From: a virus
Lineage: Duplodnaviria; Caudoviricetes
Virus record (IMG/VR): IMGVR_UViG_3300028145_000001
Span: 1 to 42,526 of that record
Reading direction: 5' to 3' (one strand)
DNA length: 42,526 nt
Shown: positions 1-8,606 of the stretch, piece after piece
How positions within the stretch are numbered: the stretch's first letter is position 1
Layout of the letters: every line of letters begins with the position of its first letter
The notes under the pieces: model-generated
Databases searched by the model: none
What the model was told of the DNA's origin: nothing
The model's input: the letters and a program-made list of their open reading frames with translations, nothing else
Made by a program: the position numbers and the translations under genes

Positions 1-127
1 TGCCTGTGATTGTCCACGTCGAACCAGAAGTATTGACACAAAAGAATTGTAGGTAAGTTCCCGCAGTTATAGCGTTCAGCCCGTCGCCTAATCCCGTCTC
101 GCACCGTAGCTTGTTATACGGTGAAGC
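1..127. repeat. Terminal direct repeat, left copy (circular-assembly overlap)
   Basis: Identical to 42400-42526. The 127-bp length is a typical assembler k-mer, and the ORF across the join stays in frame. Confidence 0.97.
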
Positions 128-2143
128 GAGCGTAGGAGAGGCAGATGTACCGCCGAGCGCTCCTGCGAGTTGCACAATGCCCGCTTGTCCAGTGGTTGCT
201 AATGGGACTTCCAAACTGATGCTATCGGTATTACCGCTCGCGGAAGTCTGAACGACTAGATTCTGATTGTTAGCTCCAGCGGCCGGTGTGGTGGAGTTGA
301 AATTCTTGATAGCTTTGGTAGTCGCGCTGCCATTGACTTGTACTTGGATGCTCTTGCCGCCGCTGATACTAGAAGCGTTCAATTCAGAAGGCAAAATGTT
401 CCGTATTATCGCTTGCGTTCCAGCTCCACCATTTCCTGAAAAAACATACCAGTAAGAGAGGCCATTCGCCGGTGGCGTAGTGCCTACATCGCTCAAATCC
501 CCGTCTATGGTGGTTGACATTTGAGCGAAATGGTTGGCGGTCGCACCATTGTCGAAAACTACTGAGCAAAAACCGATGATACATTCTCCGGTTGATCCTA
601 CCAGTCCCGGCGCAGCACCATTCAATATAACGGCAACGCCGATAGGGGCGTTCGTGGTCGTAGTTGTGTGATTACAAATGATTGCCTTGGCAGCACCATC
701 ATCACAGGACATTTTATTCGCGGTTGTTCCGGTGACGGCATTATTAGGTACCCAAAAGTTGTAGGCTCCAGATGAGTTCACATCAAAACCAAAATCATTT
801 CTGGCCGCATGGGCTCTATCATCCAAAATAGAGCCGTCTACAAGTGTGATCGCTCCGCTGGCTACTGGAACCTTTCCCGAGGTAAGCGCTCCCGACAAAT
901 TACCTGAGCCAACGCCGCATGTTGGGCAACTGATGTTAGGCGTAGCGCCACCAGTTGATACGATTGGCGCGGAGGCCGTCACGTTAGTTACTGTTCCGCT
1001 GCCCATATTGGCGCAATCAGCGATCCATTTTGTTGTGGAATTCGGGTCTACACGTATTCTGCAAAACACATTCGCTGCTACGGCAAGCGTGGCACCTCCA
1101 TTGATTGTCCAAGTCGTCGGGGTGATCGTGTCAGCATGTGTTGAATGATTGCTATATATGAAAACGAAGCCGGGATTGATTCCCAGCGTATCGGCCGTGG
1201 GCAATGTAACCGTGACAGACTGTGATGCCGCAACATCATGATCAATCGTAGTCAATTGATCAGCAAGCGCTATTGTGTAGGTGGTCGTTGCCCCATTTAT
1301 TGAAGTGTCTATCGCTCCAGCGGTGCAGTTGTTAACGAACGGTGGCCCAGTGGTGTCCCAACAAGGAACGTCACCATCGATCGGAGAGGTATTGCTCACC
1401 AGCCAGAAGGTGTTCCCGTCCAATGCATTCACTGGTGCCAAGTCTTGCAGCGTTTTTTGTCCAGCGACTACCGACACTCCTAGAACGTCGCCACTGGTGA
1501 AGGTGCTCGCCGCGGGGAACAGCGCCACATTGGTATCAGCCCCATTCCATAAATGGACATTCAGAAGAGTAGTGTCCAGGCAGATTTGTCCTGTGGCCGT
1601 AGCTGTGCATCCGGCACTGTTCGGGATAGCCAACGAAGTGCCAAGAAAATTCACGTTTCCATTGAAAAAACTAAGGTTGGTGATACCCAGGTTGAAAGCC
1701 TTGTCCACATTTGGATCTGGTATTTGATCCAACCTAGGAAAACCTGGCGGTGGTGGCGGGCCGGCACTAGTACTTCCTTGTGAAAAATAATTTGCGCCGT
1801 CATTCCAGAGATCAGCACCTTGATTAGATTGCAATATAAGGCTTGCATTTCCGTCAATTGTTCCGCTTACCGGAGTGATCGTAACCGTTCCAGCGCCGAT
1901 ATTCTTGACACTGAACATGATACCGGGGCCAGAACAAGGATCATTTGGAGCGAATAATGTGGCTGCAACAGCGGAACCATTGTTGAAAGTAACTAGTTTC
2001 GTGGCATCCGTGCAGACGAAAGTGTAGGTTGTTCCTGTTTGGGCATTCACTCCTGAGAGCATTCGCGCTGTATTGGTTTGCGCCATAGCGGGCAAAACGG
2101 TGAAAAAGGACAAAACGGTGAAAAGTCCTAGAAGTTTTCTCAA
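1..2143 (-). CDS. Origin-spanning signal-peptide tail-fibre-like protein, 5' part (790 aa in total; absent from the ORF track)
   Basis: TTG start at 2143 overlaps the upstream TGA. Translates MRKLLGLFTVLSFFTVLPAMA|QTNTARMLSGVNAQTGTTYTFVCTDATKLVTFNNGSAV..., with fibre-type repeats (TYT..D....V.LP...G....KN...TVTITP..TING) and many Cys. Open to base 1 and continues at 42399; 2143+230=2373 nt = 791 codons. Confidence 0.9.
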   Translation of the reverse strand, partial: MRKLLGLFTVLSFFTVLPAMAQTNTARMLSGVNAQTGTTYTFVCTDATKLVTFNNGSAVAATLFAPNDPCSGPGIMFSVKNIGAGTVTITPVSGTIDGNASLILQSNQGADLWNDGANYFSQGSTSAGPPPPPGFPRLDQIPDPNVDKAFNLGITNLSFFNGNVNFLGTSLAIPNSAGCTATATGQICLDTTLLNVHLWNGADTNVALFPAASTFTSGDVLGVSVVAGQKTLQDLAPVNALDGNTFWLVSNTSPIDGDVPCWDTTGPPFVNNCTAGAIDTSINGATTTYTIALADQLTTIDHDVAASQSVTVTLPTADTLGINPGFVFIYSNHSTHADTITPTTWTINGGATLAVAANVFCRIRVDPNSTTKWIADCANMGSGTVTNVTASAPIVSTGGATPNISCPTCGVGSGNLSGALTSGKVPVASGAITLVDGSILDDRAHAARNDFGFDVNSSGAYNFWVPNNAVTGTTANKMSCDDGAAKAIICNHTTTTTNAPIGVAVILNGAAPGLVGSTGECIIGFCSVVFDNGATANHFAQMSTTIDGDLSDVGTTPPANGLSYWYVFSGNGGAGTQAIIRNILPSELNASSISGGKSIQVQVNGSATTKAIKNFNSTTPAAGANNQNLVVQTSASGNTDSISLEVPLATTGQAGIVQLAGALGGTSASPTLASPYNKLRCETGLGDGLNAITAGTYLQFFCVNTSGSTWTITG

Positions 2144-3324
2144 GGGTGGATACCTGTGCAATTTATCTGCGTCCAATGCACCGCAGCCGCGCCAAGGGTT
2201 ACAGTTCGGACAGTCACCGAAATGGTGCTCTGAGAGGCTATCTGTAAATTGACTCGCCCCGTTGTCGGATTTGAGCCATCTACTGGAGTCACACCATTAC
2301 AAGTCACCGAATAATTGTTGTCAGCGAAAGCCACTGCCCATGAAATTGTGTTGTCGCAAGTATCGAACGAGCTATTGGTAGTAGTGCAGGGAGTGCCTGT
2401 AACGATGCACCCGCCAGGGCAATAGGTGATAGCCTGGACTTTGCTTGCTCCAATGCTGCATCCCGAAGTAGTTAGTCCGGAATTGGCATCAAGACAAACT
2501 GAAGTACCCGCTCCTCCTGCAATCGTTCCGGCCGTCATTAAGTGAGCATCGGTTCCCTGTGTCGCCACCTGTGGAGTGCCGCCATTAAGCGTGAAACTGT
2601 TTGCCAACAAGGTCGTAAAAATTGCCGAATTAGGAACAGTCACTCCTATGGAGCACGGCACTACCCAAGTGCATCCATTCAGAAGTCCAGCGTTGAGGTT
2701 GTTTACCTGCGTAGTGCTGGCAACGACTAGAGGAGCAGTGCCAGTTATTAGAGTAGAGATGATCTGCCCGCTGAATGTTCCAGTAGTGGCTGTAAATCCT
2801 CCGCTGAAGTTAGGCGTACCGGCAAAGGTAGGACTTCCGGTATAAGTTCCATTCAACGCTCCACCGCCATTGAGATTATTCGGACCGCTTGACGTGAAAC
2901 CGGAATTGAACGTCACCGCTCCATTGAAAGTTGATGTGTTGTTCCAAGTGTTCGTGCCGGTCCAAATGTTGTTCAATCCGAGCAGTGTATTATTGGCAGA
3001 AGAGATATTGTCCTCGCTCCAGAGTTGCACACCTAGCGATGTGCTGAGTACCAGCTTATAGGCCACGCCGGTTAGCCACACATCTGCGCGACCCGCACTG
3101 TCCAATTGGACCGGATTAGTATTTGGGATGAGTCCGTTTGAATCCCTGTAGGTGACGAGCGGGGTTGTGGTTCCGGCCTGGTAAGTTGCCAGCCTGCATC
3201 CTGTACATGGGCGGCCGCTATTATCGAAAAATTGGGACTTTGTGAACGGTAAAAGGGCCACTTGCGCGGAAACACCTCCCGCCAAGGCACACAACAGCGC
3301 AACGATAAGGAGTATTCTTTTCAT
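2140..3324 (-). CDS. Tailspike/fibre with podovirus head-binding (anchor) domain preceded by a Sec signal peptide
   Basis: MKRILLIVALLCALAGGVSA|Q, then QFFDNSGRP...ATYQAGTTTP...NTNPVQLDSAGRADVW...YKLVL...LWSEDNI, the common podovirus tail anchor motif. Lies after the ejection genes like P22 gene 9. Mature part has 12 Cys. Confidence 0.85.
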   Translation of the reverse strand: MKRILLIVALLCALAGGVSAQVALLPFTKSQFFDNSGRPCTGCRLATYQAGTTTPLVTYRDSNGLIPNTNPVQLDSAGRADVWLTGVAYKLVLSTSLGVQLWSEDNISSANNTLLGLNNIWTGTNTWNNTSTFNGAVTFNSGFTSSGPNNLNGGGALNGTYTGSPTFAGTPNFSGGFTATTGTFSGQIISTLITGTAPLVVASTTQVNNLNAGLLNGCTWVVPCSIGVTVPNSAIFTTLLANSFTLNGGTPQVATQGTDAHLMTAGTIAGGAGTSVCLDANSGLTTSGCSIGASKVQAITYCPGGCIVTGTPCTTTNSSFDTCDNTISWAVAFADNNYSVTCNGVTPVDGSNPTTGRVNLQIASQSTISVTVRTVTLGAAAVHWTQINCTGIHP

Positions 3325-3379
3325 GGATTTCGCTTTTGTTTTGCTTTGATTTAACGACTAATCGCTGTACGCTTTCGCT

Positions 3380-3652
3380 ATGGTCCACTCTGCTGCGTGG
3401 GTCGCTTCACTCCTGTTTTTTATCGCGATCACTTTGGCCATCGTTGGCTTACTGATGCGCGTCATAGGAGAGCTTGCTTACCGCTGGGCCTGCCGACAAC
3501 CATGCTTTGAAGGATGCGAATGCGCTAAGTGCGTCATTGCACGGGCCCGTTATCGTCGCTTTGCTGACTGGCATTTGCGAGCGCCGCGGTATAGGCGCCT
3601 ACTCGTGCGTTCGCGGCTCCGAAAGTGGTTTTACCCTTCCCGGCCGCGTTAA
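3380..3652 (+). CDS. Putative small membrane protein (moron, antisense to late operon)
   Basis: N-terminal TM segment and Cys cluster. TG-TACGCT -10-like box 6 nt before the ATG suggests a leaderless mRNA. The 3' end overlaps the convergent gene by 119 nt. Confidence 0.45.
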   Translation: MVHSAAWVASLLFFIAITLAIVGLLMRVIGELAYRWACRQPCFEGCECAKCVIARARYRRFADWHLRAPRYRRLLVRSRLRKWFYPSRPR

Positions 3653-4928
3653 GTGCGATCGCCAACTTTGATTTAACCATTGGCATTCCTAGAACTTTTT
3701 CCAAAGTTGACGCAGCGACCGCCCCGGGTGCGCCTCCGAGTGCCGCACCTGCTCCTGCTGAAACTTTGGAACCTAGGCTGATAATGTCGTGATTCTCGAT
3801 TCTGCGCACTGCGCGCTCCAGCGCCGGCTGCAAGTCATAAAGTTTGCTCTGTGCCGCGTTCAAACCCTTGATTTCTGGGAATTGGGTTTCGAGTTCTTCC
3901 TTGATGCCTCGGGCCAGTGCTTTTTGCGCTTCGATCGTCGCGCTGCTCAATTCTCCATAGGCCTTGTCGCCTAACTGCTGGTAGGTTCCGGTTTTGATTT
4001 TCTGTGCTTGACTGGCCGGAATCTGATTTGGCTGACTGCGCAGAAATTCATTGCCTGATTCGGAAACTGCATCTAAGTCAGCTTCGGGGTTGACTTGGGT
4101 TGCGAATTGCTTGGAAGTTTTCCCCAAGCGGCTCGCCACAGCGTACTTATTGACCGTTGCTCCCCTTGCTGCTCCTGCGTCGATTTCCTCCTGCACGGCT
4201 CCATGCAAATCTTTGAGCAATCCGCTCAATTTAGCCGCACCTTCAGCACTTACTGGAATCTTGTTTTCCAGTCCCGTTTTCACCATCGACTGAACTTCGG
4301 CGCTGCTATATGACCCAGGCGGCGGCTTGAGGGCGCTCTGGTAAAGTTTCGGTGCCAATGCAGCAGCCGCTGGCCTTATCCTTCCCGCCTGTCCTCCGAC
4401 TCCAGCCGCGCCGCCGGCCATTTCAGCACCAGACAGTAAAGCCACCTCGGCCGCTTCGGGATTCCCTTTTAGCGCTTCAGGGGCATTCTTGAGCACGCCA
4501 TAACCGCCATGCGCGACCAGCGCAGCATCGACGGGAACGCCCGTCACTGGATTGGTATTCGCCAGCGCTATCCCGGCACCGAGGGCCACATTCTTAGGTT
4601 CTAGAGCATTGCTGATAAATCTTGCTCCGCGAGCTAGCAGGTCATAGTTATCCGAGGCCATTTCGGCAGAAGAGTAGCTCTGCGGATTCCTGCCCTTTGC
4701 TACCGTACTGAGATTTTCGGTCTGCTTCTCTTGGGACTTCCGTTGCGCCCAATCGGCTAAACTGGCCGTCAATTGTTGGATTTTCCCTGGCACATCGCCA
4801 GAATTGGAGATTCTGTCCCAGAAACTATTAGGGTCGTTGTGATCGGGCTCGTCGATTTTGTAACCTACCGGCAAAGGCGGTCCTGATGTATCGAGCGCAT
4901 ACCCGGCTGGAAGTGGCGGAGTGCCCAT
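3534..4928 (-). CDS. Internal virion/DNA ejection protein (third of three)
   Basis: Ala/Gly-rich and helical, with N-terminal PPLPxGYxxD repeats. Occupies the position of P22 gp16. Confidence 0.7.
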   Translation of the reverse strand: MGTPPLPAGYALDTSGPPLPVGYKIDEPDHNDPNSFWDRISNSGDVPGKIQQLTASLADWAQRKSQEKQTENLSTVAKGRNPQSYSSAEMASDNYDLLARGARFISNALEPKNVALGAGIALANTNPVTGVPVDAALVAHGGYGVLKNAPEALKGNPEAAEVALLSGAEMAGGAAGVGGQAGRIRPAAAALAPKLYQSALKPPPGSYSSAEVQSMVKTGLENKIPVSAEGAAKLSGLLKDLHGAVQEEIDAGAARGATVNKYAVASRLGKTSKQFATQVNPEADLDAVSESGNEFLRSQPNQIPASQAQKIKTGTYQQLGDKAYGELSSATIEAQKALARGIKEELETQFPEIKGLNAAQSKLYDLQPALERAVRRIENHDIISLGSKVSAGAGAALGGAPGAVAASTLEKVLGMPMVKSKLAIALNAAGKGKTTFGAANARVGAYTAALANASQQSDDNGPVQ

Positions 4929-6412
4929 TAGATCGGTTTCCCTGTCGCGGCATCAACCCACTTGCCGCCATCCACAACGATTTTGTGGCCATTCGGGCCT
5001 GTAGCCGTCTTCGCTCCTGCGGGCGGAGTGTATGACTTGGTGGCCGCGCCACCGCCAGTATCAATCTGTGTGAGTTTCTTGTGTGTATCAGTGACGATCT
5101 GCCGATGCTGTTCTGGGCTGTTCGCGTTATTCAAAGCCTGCCGGGATTCGTCCAGAATGCTCTGCTTTTGCAGGAGCTTTCCATGTACTTCGCTCATTAG
5201 CGATTGAATCTGGCCCCGCTGCGAATCCGTAATGCTTAGAGCCTTTGATGGGTCAAGTTGCCATTTATTAAGGGCGGCTTTGAGGCTTTCAAGATTCGAA
5301 CGACCGCCGACGATACGCGAGATTTCCGCTTCATTCATGCGCAAGCCGGAGCCCGCACCGCCGGCCATGACCGTAAGTAACTCAGGCGCCACCAAAGCAT
5401 CGGCCTGTGGTGTCTTCTGGCCTAGCGTATCCTGCAAGCGCCCAAATCTGGCTACCGCGTCCTCGATCGGCTTCCCCACCTTATCGATTTGCCCGGCCGC
5501 AAACTGATAGCTCTTATCTGCACGAGTATCATTGCGGGCCTGTTGGGCCAGTACCATTGTCTGCTTGCGCGTCTCATTGGAGATATCTTGCTGCGCTTTG
5601 GTTCCTTGCGCATTCTCGGTCTGAGTCAGCATTTTGTCGATGCGGTCAAAGTCTTTTTGTGTCGCGGTCGCTGGCAATGTGAACTGCGCGGGCAGAGCCT
5701 TGCCCGGATTGAGCACCTGATACCGGGTAGCCAATCCCTGATTCATCTGGTCCACGTTCGGCAGCGGCAACTCTCCTTCTTTGGCCGCTCCAGCAGCCCG
5801 GATCTTGGCCGCATCAAGTGTCGTCTGTTCCTTTTGCTGCGCTGGCGACTGGGCAATGGCAGTATCAACCATCTGCTGAAACTGTTGCGGATTCGAGTCG
5901 ATAATCTTCCGCATCTGTTGAATCTGTGGGCTGTCTCCCAATTCATTCAGGATGGTATGCGCAACGTTCGGATCGTACTTCGCTTGCTTAATCGCATAAG
6001 CCGCATGGCCGAGCAAGTCGGATTGGCCTTCCTGAATCTTTTGACTTTGTTCGATGAGAGCTTGCTTTGATTTCTGAAAATTAGTGACACTTTCAAGGAT
6101 CGAAGGGATTGCGCCACCATGTCCGGACAAAGCGAGCGCTTTCGACAGACCGTTAGTGTCTATTGTAGGCTGTCCTTGTGAATCAACGCTCATTGCACTC
6201 TTATAAGCGTCGTTGATAGCTTGTTGCTGTTCAAGTTGGCGCTTCTGGGATTCGATCTGCTGTTTTTGCAGTTCTTGCTGGCCAGGAGCAAGGGCCGCCT
6301 GTTGAGAGACTTGTTGCTGCAAACCTTGATTTTGTAGATTAAGGTTCTGCTGCTCTCCCCAATCTCGAATCTGGGGCGGGCGACCCATCAGAGCCACCAA
6401 GGGAATCCCCAT
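4928..6412 (-). CDS. Internal virion/DNA ejection protein (second of three)
   Basis: Gln-rich coiled-coil. Occupies the position of P22 gp20. Confidence 0.7.
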   Translation of the reverse strand: MGIPLVALMGRPPQIRDWGEQQNLNLQNQGLQQQVSQQAALAPGQQELQKQQIESQKRQLEQQQAINDAYKSAMSVDSQGQPTIDTNGLSKALALSGHGGAIPSILESVTNFQKSKQALIEQSQKIQEGQSDLLGHAAYAIKQAKYDPNVAHTILNELGDSPQIQQMRKIIDSNPQQFQQMVDTAIAQSPAQQKEQTTLDAAKIRAAGAAKEGELPLPNVDQMNQGLATRYQVLNPGKALPAQFTLPATATQKDFDRIDKMLTQTENAQGTKAQQDISNETRKQTMVLAQQARNDTRADKSYQFAAGQIDKVGKPIEDAVARFGRLQDTLGQKTPQADALVAPELLTVMAGGAGSGLRMNEAEISRIVGGRSNLESLKAALNKWQLDPSKALSITDSQRGQIQSLMSEVHGKLLQKQSILDESRQALNNANSPEQHRQIVTDTHKKLTQIDTGGGAATKSYTPPAGAKTATGPNGHKIVVDGGKWVDAATGKPI

Positions 6413-6420
6413 CAGATACC

Positions 6421-6438
6421 CTTTCTACGCGTAGAAAG
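6421..6438. promoter_or_regulatory. Perfect 18-bp palindrome overlapping the RBS of the ejection gene
   Basis: CTTTCTACGCGTAGAAAG is self-complementary and lies 8 nt upstream of the ATG at 6412. Confidence 0.5.
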
Positions 6439-6478
6439 TGAGATTTGCGGCGCCATTTTTATTCTAGGCCTCTTGGTA

Positions 6479-7327
6479 TCATCCCGGCTGTCCATAGTCC
6501 TCTGTGCCTTGTCTGGCGAAACTGTTGATTAATGGGCTGGGCCTACTGAAGTTGAACATATTACCCAGATTACCGATGCCGCCAAGGGAGTTTGTGATTC
6601 CGCCCAGTGCTCCCTGCCAAGCGTTGTTTGCGCCAATGTAGCCGCTTGCGCGGGCCGCGCCTGCATTGTTGATGTCTCCAGTGAGTAGGTGTGACGTGTC
6701 GGAATTGATTCCTGCGATATTGCCCGCGCCAGCTTGCAAAAGCCCACCGAGGGAAGAGCCAGCTTGTGCGCCGAGGCTAGAAACGCCCGCCAGCCGGTTA
6801 TACAGGTTGTTCTGGTTAGAGTTGAAGGTGTTGAAATTCGTCCCATAGGTTTGCAGCGCTCGGTTGTAAACGTTGCCATATTCGTTCGAGGCTGAATTCT
6901 GGGCGTAGTCATTGATATTCTTGGCTGTGCCACTCGACAGAAGCCCGCCACGCGCTGCGGCTGAGTTTTGTAGAGCGCTGAGTCCCTGTTGGAGCCTGAA
7001 CTGATAGCCTGGATCATTCTGTTCAGTGACTCCGGTCGGTGTCGTGAAAGAACCATAGCCCTGAGTAAGCGAGCCGCCGGGCTGCAAAAGACTTGAAAGA
7101 TTTCCTATCGCAGATTGGCCGGCTGTATTGTAAGGCTGGAGAGCCGCTGTCTGCTGTCCGGCTACGCCTGTTTGGTAATTCGTTGATAGGGTTTGATTAT
7201 CGCGAGCCGCCTGTGCGGCTTGATTTGCGGCTGCCTGCTGTGCTTTGGCGGCTTTGTCCGCAGCGCTTGAACCGAGGATTCCACCGAGTAAACTCCCGCC
7301 AATTCCGACTGCTGCGCCAATGGGCAT
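6479..7327 (-). CDS. DNA transfer/ejection protein (P22 gp7-like)
   Basis: Hydrophobic Gly-rich N-terminus and the PGYQFRLQQG...SAAARGGLLSSG motif typical of podovirus DNA transfer proteins. Confidence 0.8.
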   Translation of the reverse strand: MPIGAAVGIGGSLLGGILGSSAADKAAKAQQAAANQAAQAARDNQTLSTNYQTGVAGQQTAALQPYNTAGQSAIGNLSSLLQPGGSLTQGYGSFTTPTGVTEQNDPGYQFRLQQGLSALQNSAAARGGLLSSGTAKNINDYAQNSASNEYGNVYNRALQTYGTNFNTFNSNQNNLYNRLAGVSSLGAQAGSSLGGLLQAGAGNIAGINSDTSHLLTGDINNAGAARASGYIGANNAWQGALGGITNSLGGIGNLGNMFNFSRPSPLINSFARQGTEDYGQPG

Positions 7328-7785
7328 TAGGCTGCCTCTCTCGAAATTCCTAGCAACGTGACTCCTTGGAGCTTCCCGTTCCTGAGATAGCTGTCAGGAT
7401 TGAAGCCAAATTCTTTCATTCCGGCATTTCTGGAGAATTTGAGGGCCAATCGATTGAATTGCGGCACTTCAGTAACGAGACGGCGACAATCAAGATTTGC
7501 GAATACCCATGCAATGAGTTCTTTTGCTGCCGTGGCTGCTTTGGGTCCATAAGAATTCGGCAGCAGGCACGTGTGTACCCTGTAAGTGACCGCGTTGTCG
7601 GCAATGACAGCAAATAGTCCCAAGACTTCCTCTCCATCTTTGGCTAAGAGATAGTGCATGTAGTCTTGGCGAACAGGTTCCCAGTTTTCAGCCGATGGGC
7701 TTTTGTCGTCAGTCACTTTTGGATATACCGATGGGTCAGTCACGATTTGTTTAATCAGTTCCCAGTCAGTCGTGCGCTCGATCAT
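7327..7785 (-). CDS. P22 gp14-like / DUF2824 GNAT-fold protein
   Basis: Start reassigned to MIERTTDWE (ATGA overlap). Contains VHTCLLP...RLVTEVPQFNRLALKF...GMKEFG. Syntenic with P22 gene 14. Confidence 0.75.
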   Translation of the reverse strand: MIERTTDWELIKQIVTDPSVYPKVTDDKSPSAENWEPVRQDYMHYLLAKDGEEVLGLFAVIADNAVTYRVHTCLLPNSYGPKAATAAKELIAWVFANLDCRRLVTEVPQFNRLALKFSRNAGMKEFGFNPDSYLRNGKLQGVTLLGISREAA

Positions 7786-8606
7786 GGCTTGTACTGAAAT
7801 TGCGTTCCATCGTAAATCGCTAGAACGTATTGACCCGCTGAAATGTCGGCCGCTGCGAGATTCACGAGAGCGCCGCCGACCCATTTCTTGATGTTCTTAA
7901 CCGCCAATCCATTTACTGCGAGAGTGGAAGCGCCGGCGTTCGCATTAACCGCCAAGAAAGACACGCGCAAACCATTGAAATAAGCAACAATGGCTGGCAC
8001 TAGAGCCACTGCATAGGCTCCCGCTGTCCCTGTATCAACTCCGAAATTGTAAGAAAAAGCCTGTACTTCTGTTTTTTTGGCGAAGTCCGCTGGAATATCG
8101 AGCGACACTAGAGCCCGGAAAGACGGCGGCGCGGCACCACCAAATGCCGGACCGGACCATACCGTGTTCGGAGTTTCTGCTGCTTTAATGACCGCTATCG
8201 TCCCTGGTCCCGTACCTGAGACGGTAAATTCAGCCGGCATGGTCAGATTGGTGGTCAAACTGGCAGAAGGACTCTTCCAATCTACGCCATCCGCTTTTGT
8301 CGGGTCGGATGTGAGAACCGTCCCCGCTGCTCCTACTGCTTTTAGATCGGTGGTATTAGGCCCTGTGCCGACCAGCAGATTGCCTTTTACCCAGGCAGTC
8401 TGACCTGTACCACCTAGCGCGGGAGGATAATCACCTGCCTGCGGAACGATGGCTCCGGTACGACCGAATACCGAAGTAACCAACACTGTCCCTATCTGCG
8501 TGAAAATATCTTGGAACCACTTAATCCAAGGAAGAGAGATACCGCTTCCTTGATCGTTATTTTCCGCGAAAGGCGTTCGTACCGGAGGGGGAACAATCTG
8601 CGCCAT
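7782..8606 (-). CDS. Tail needle/short fibre protein
   Basis: PPP.RTP...PWIKWF N-terminus and fibre motifs VTSVFGRTGA, GGTGQT, NAGASTLAVNGL. Sits at the gp26 position. No signal peptide and no Cys. Confidence 0.7.
   Translation of the reverse strand: MAQIVPPPVRTPFAENNDQGSGISLPWIKWFQDIFTQIGTVLVTSVFGRTGAIVPQAGDYPPALGGTGQTAWVKGNLLVGTGPNTTDLKAVGAAGTVLTSDPTKADGVDWKSPSASLTTNLTMPAEFTVSGTGPGTIAVIKAAETPNTVWSGPAFGGAAPPSFRALVSLDIPADFAKKTEVQAFSYNFGVDTGTAGAYAVALVPAIVAYFNGLRVSFLAVNANAGASTLAVNGLAVKNIKKWVGGALVNLAAADISAGQYVLAIYDGTQFQYKP

Noticed and set aside
1-127. Biological direct terminal repeat
   Set aside because: It is exactly 127 bp and falls mid-gene, with the frame preserved on circularisation. 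This fits an assembler overlap rather than a packaging end.
2093-2124. 14-bp tandem duplication CAAAACGGTGAAAA
   Set aside because: It is a small in-frame duplication (FTVL twice) in a signal peptide. Two copies are not an array or a phase-variable tract.
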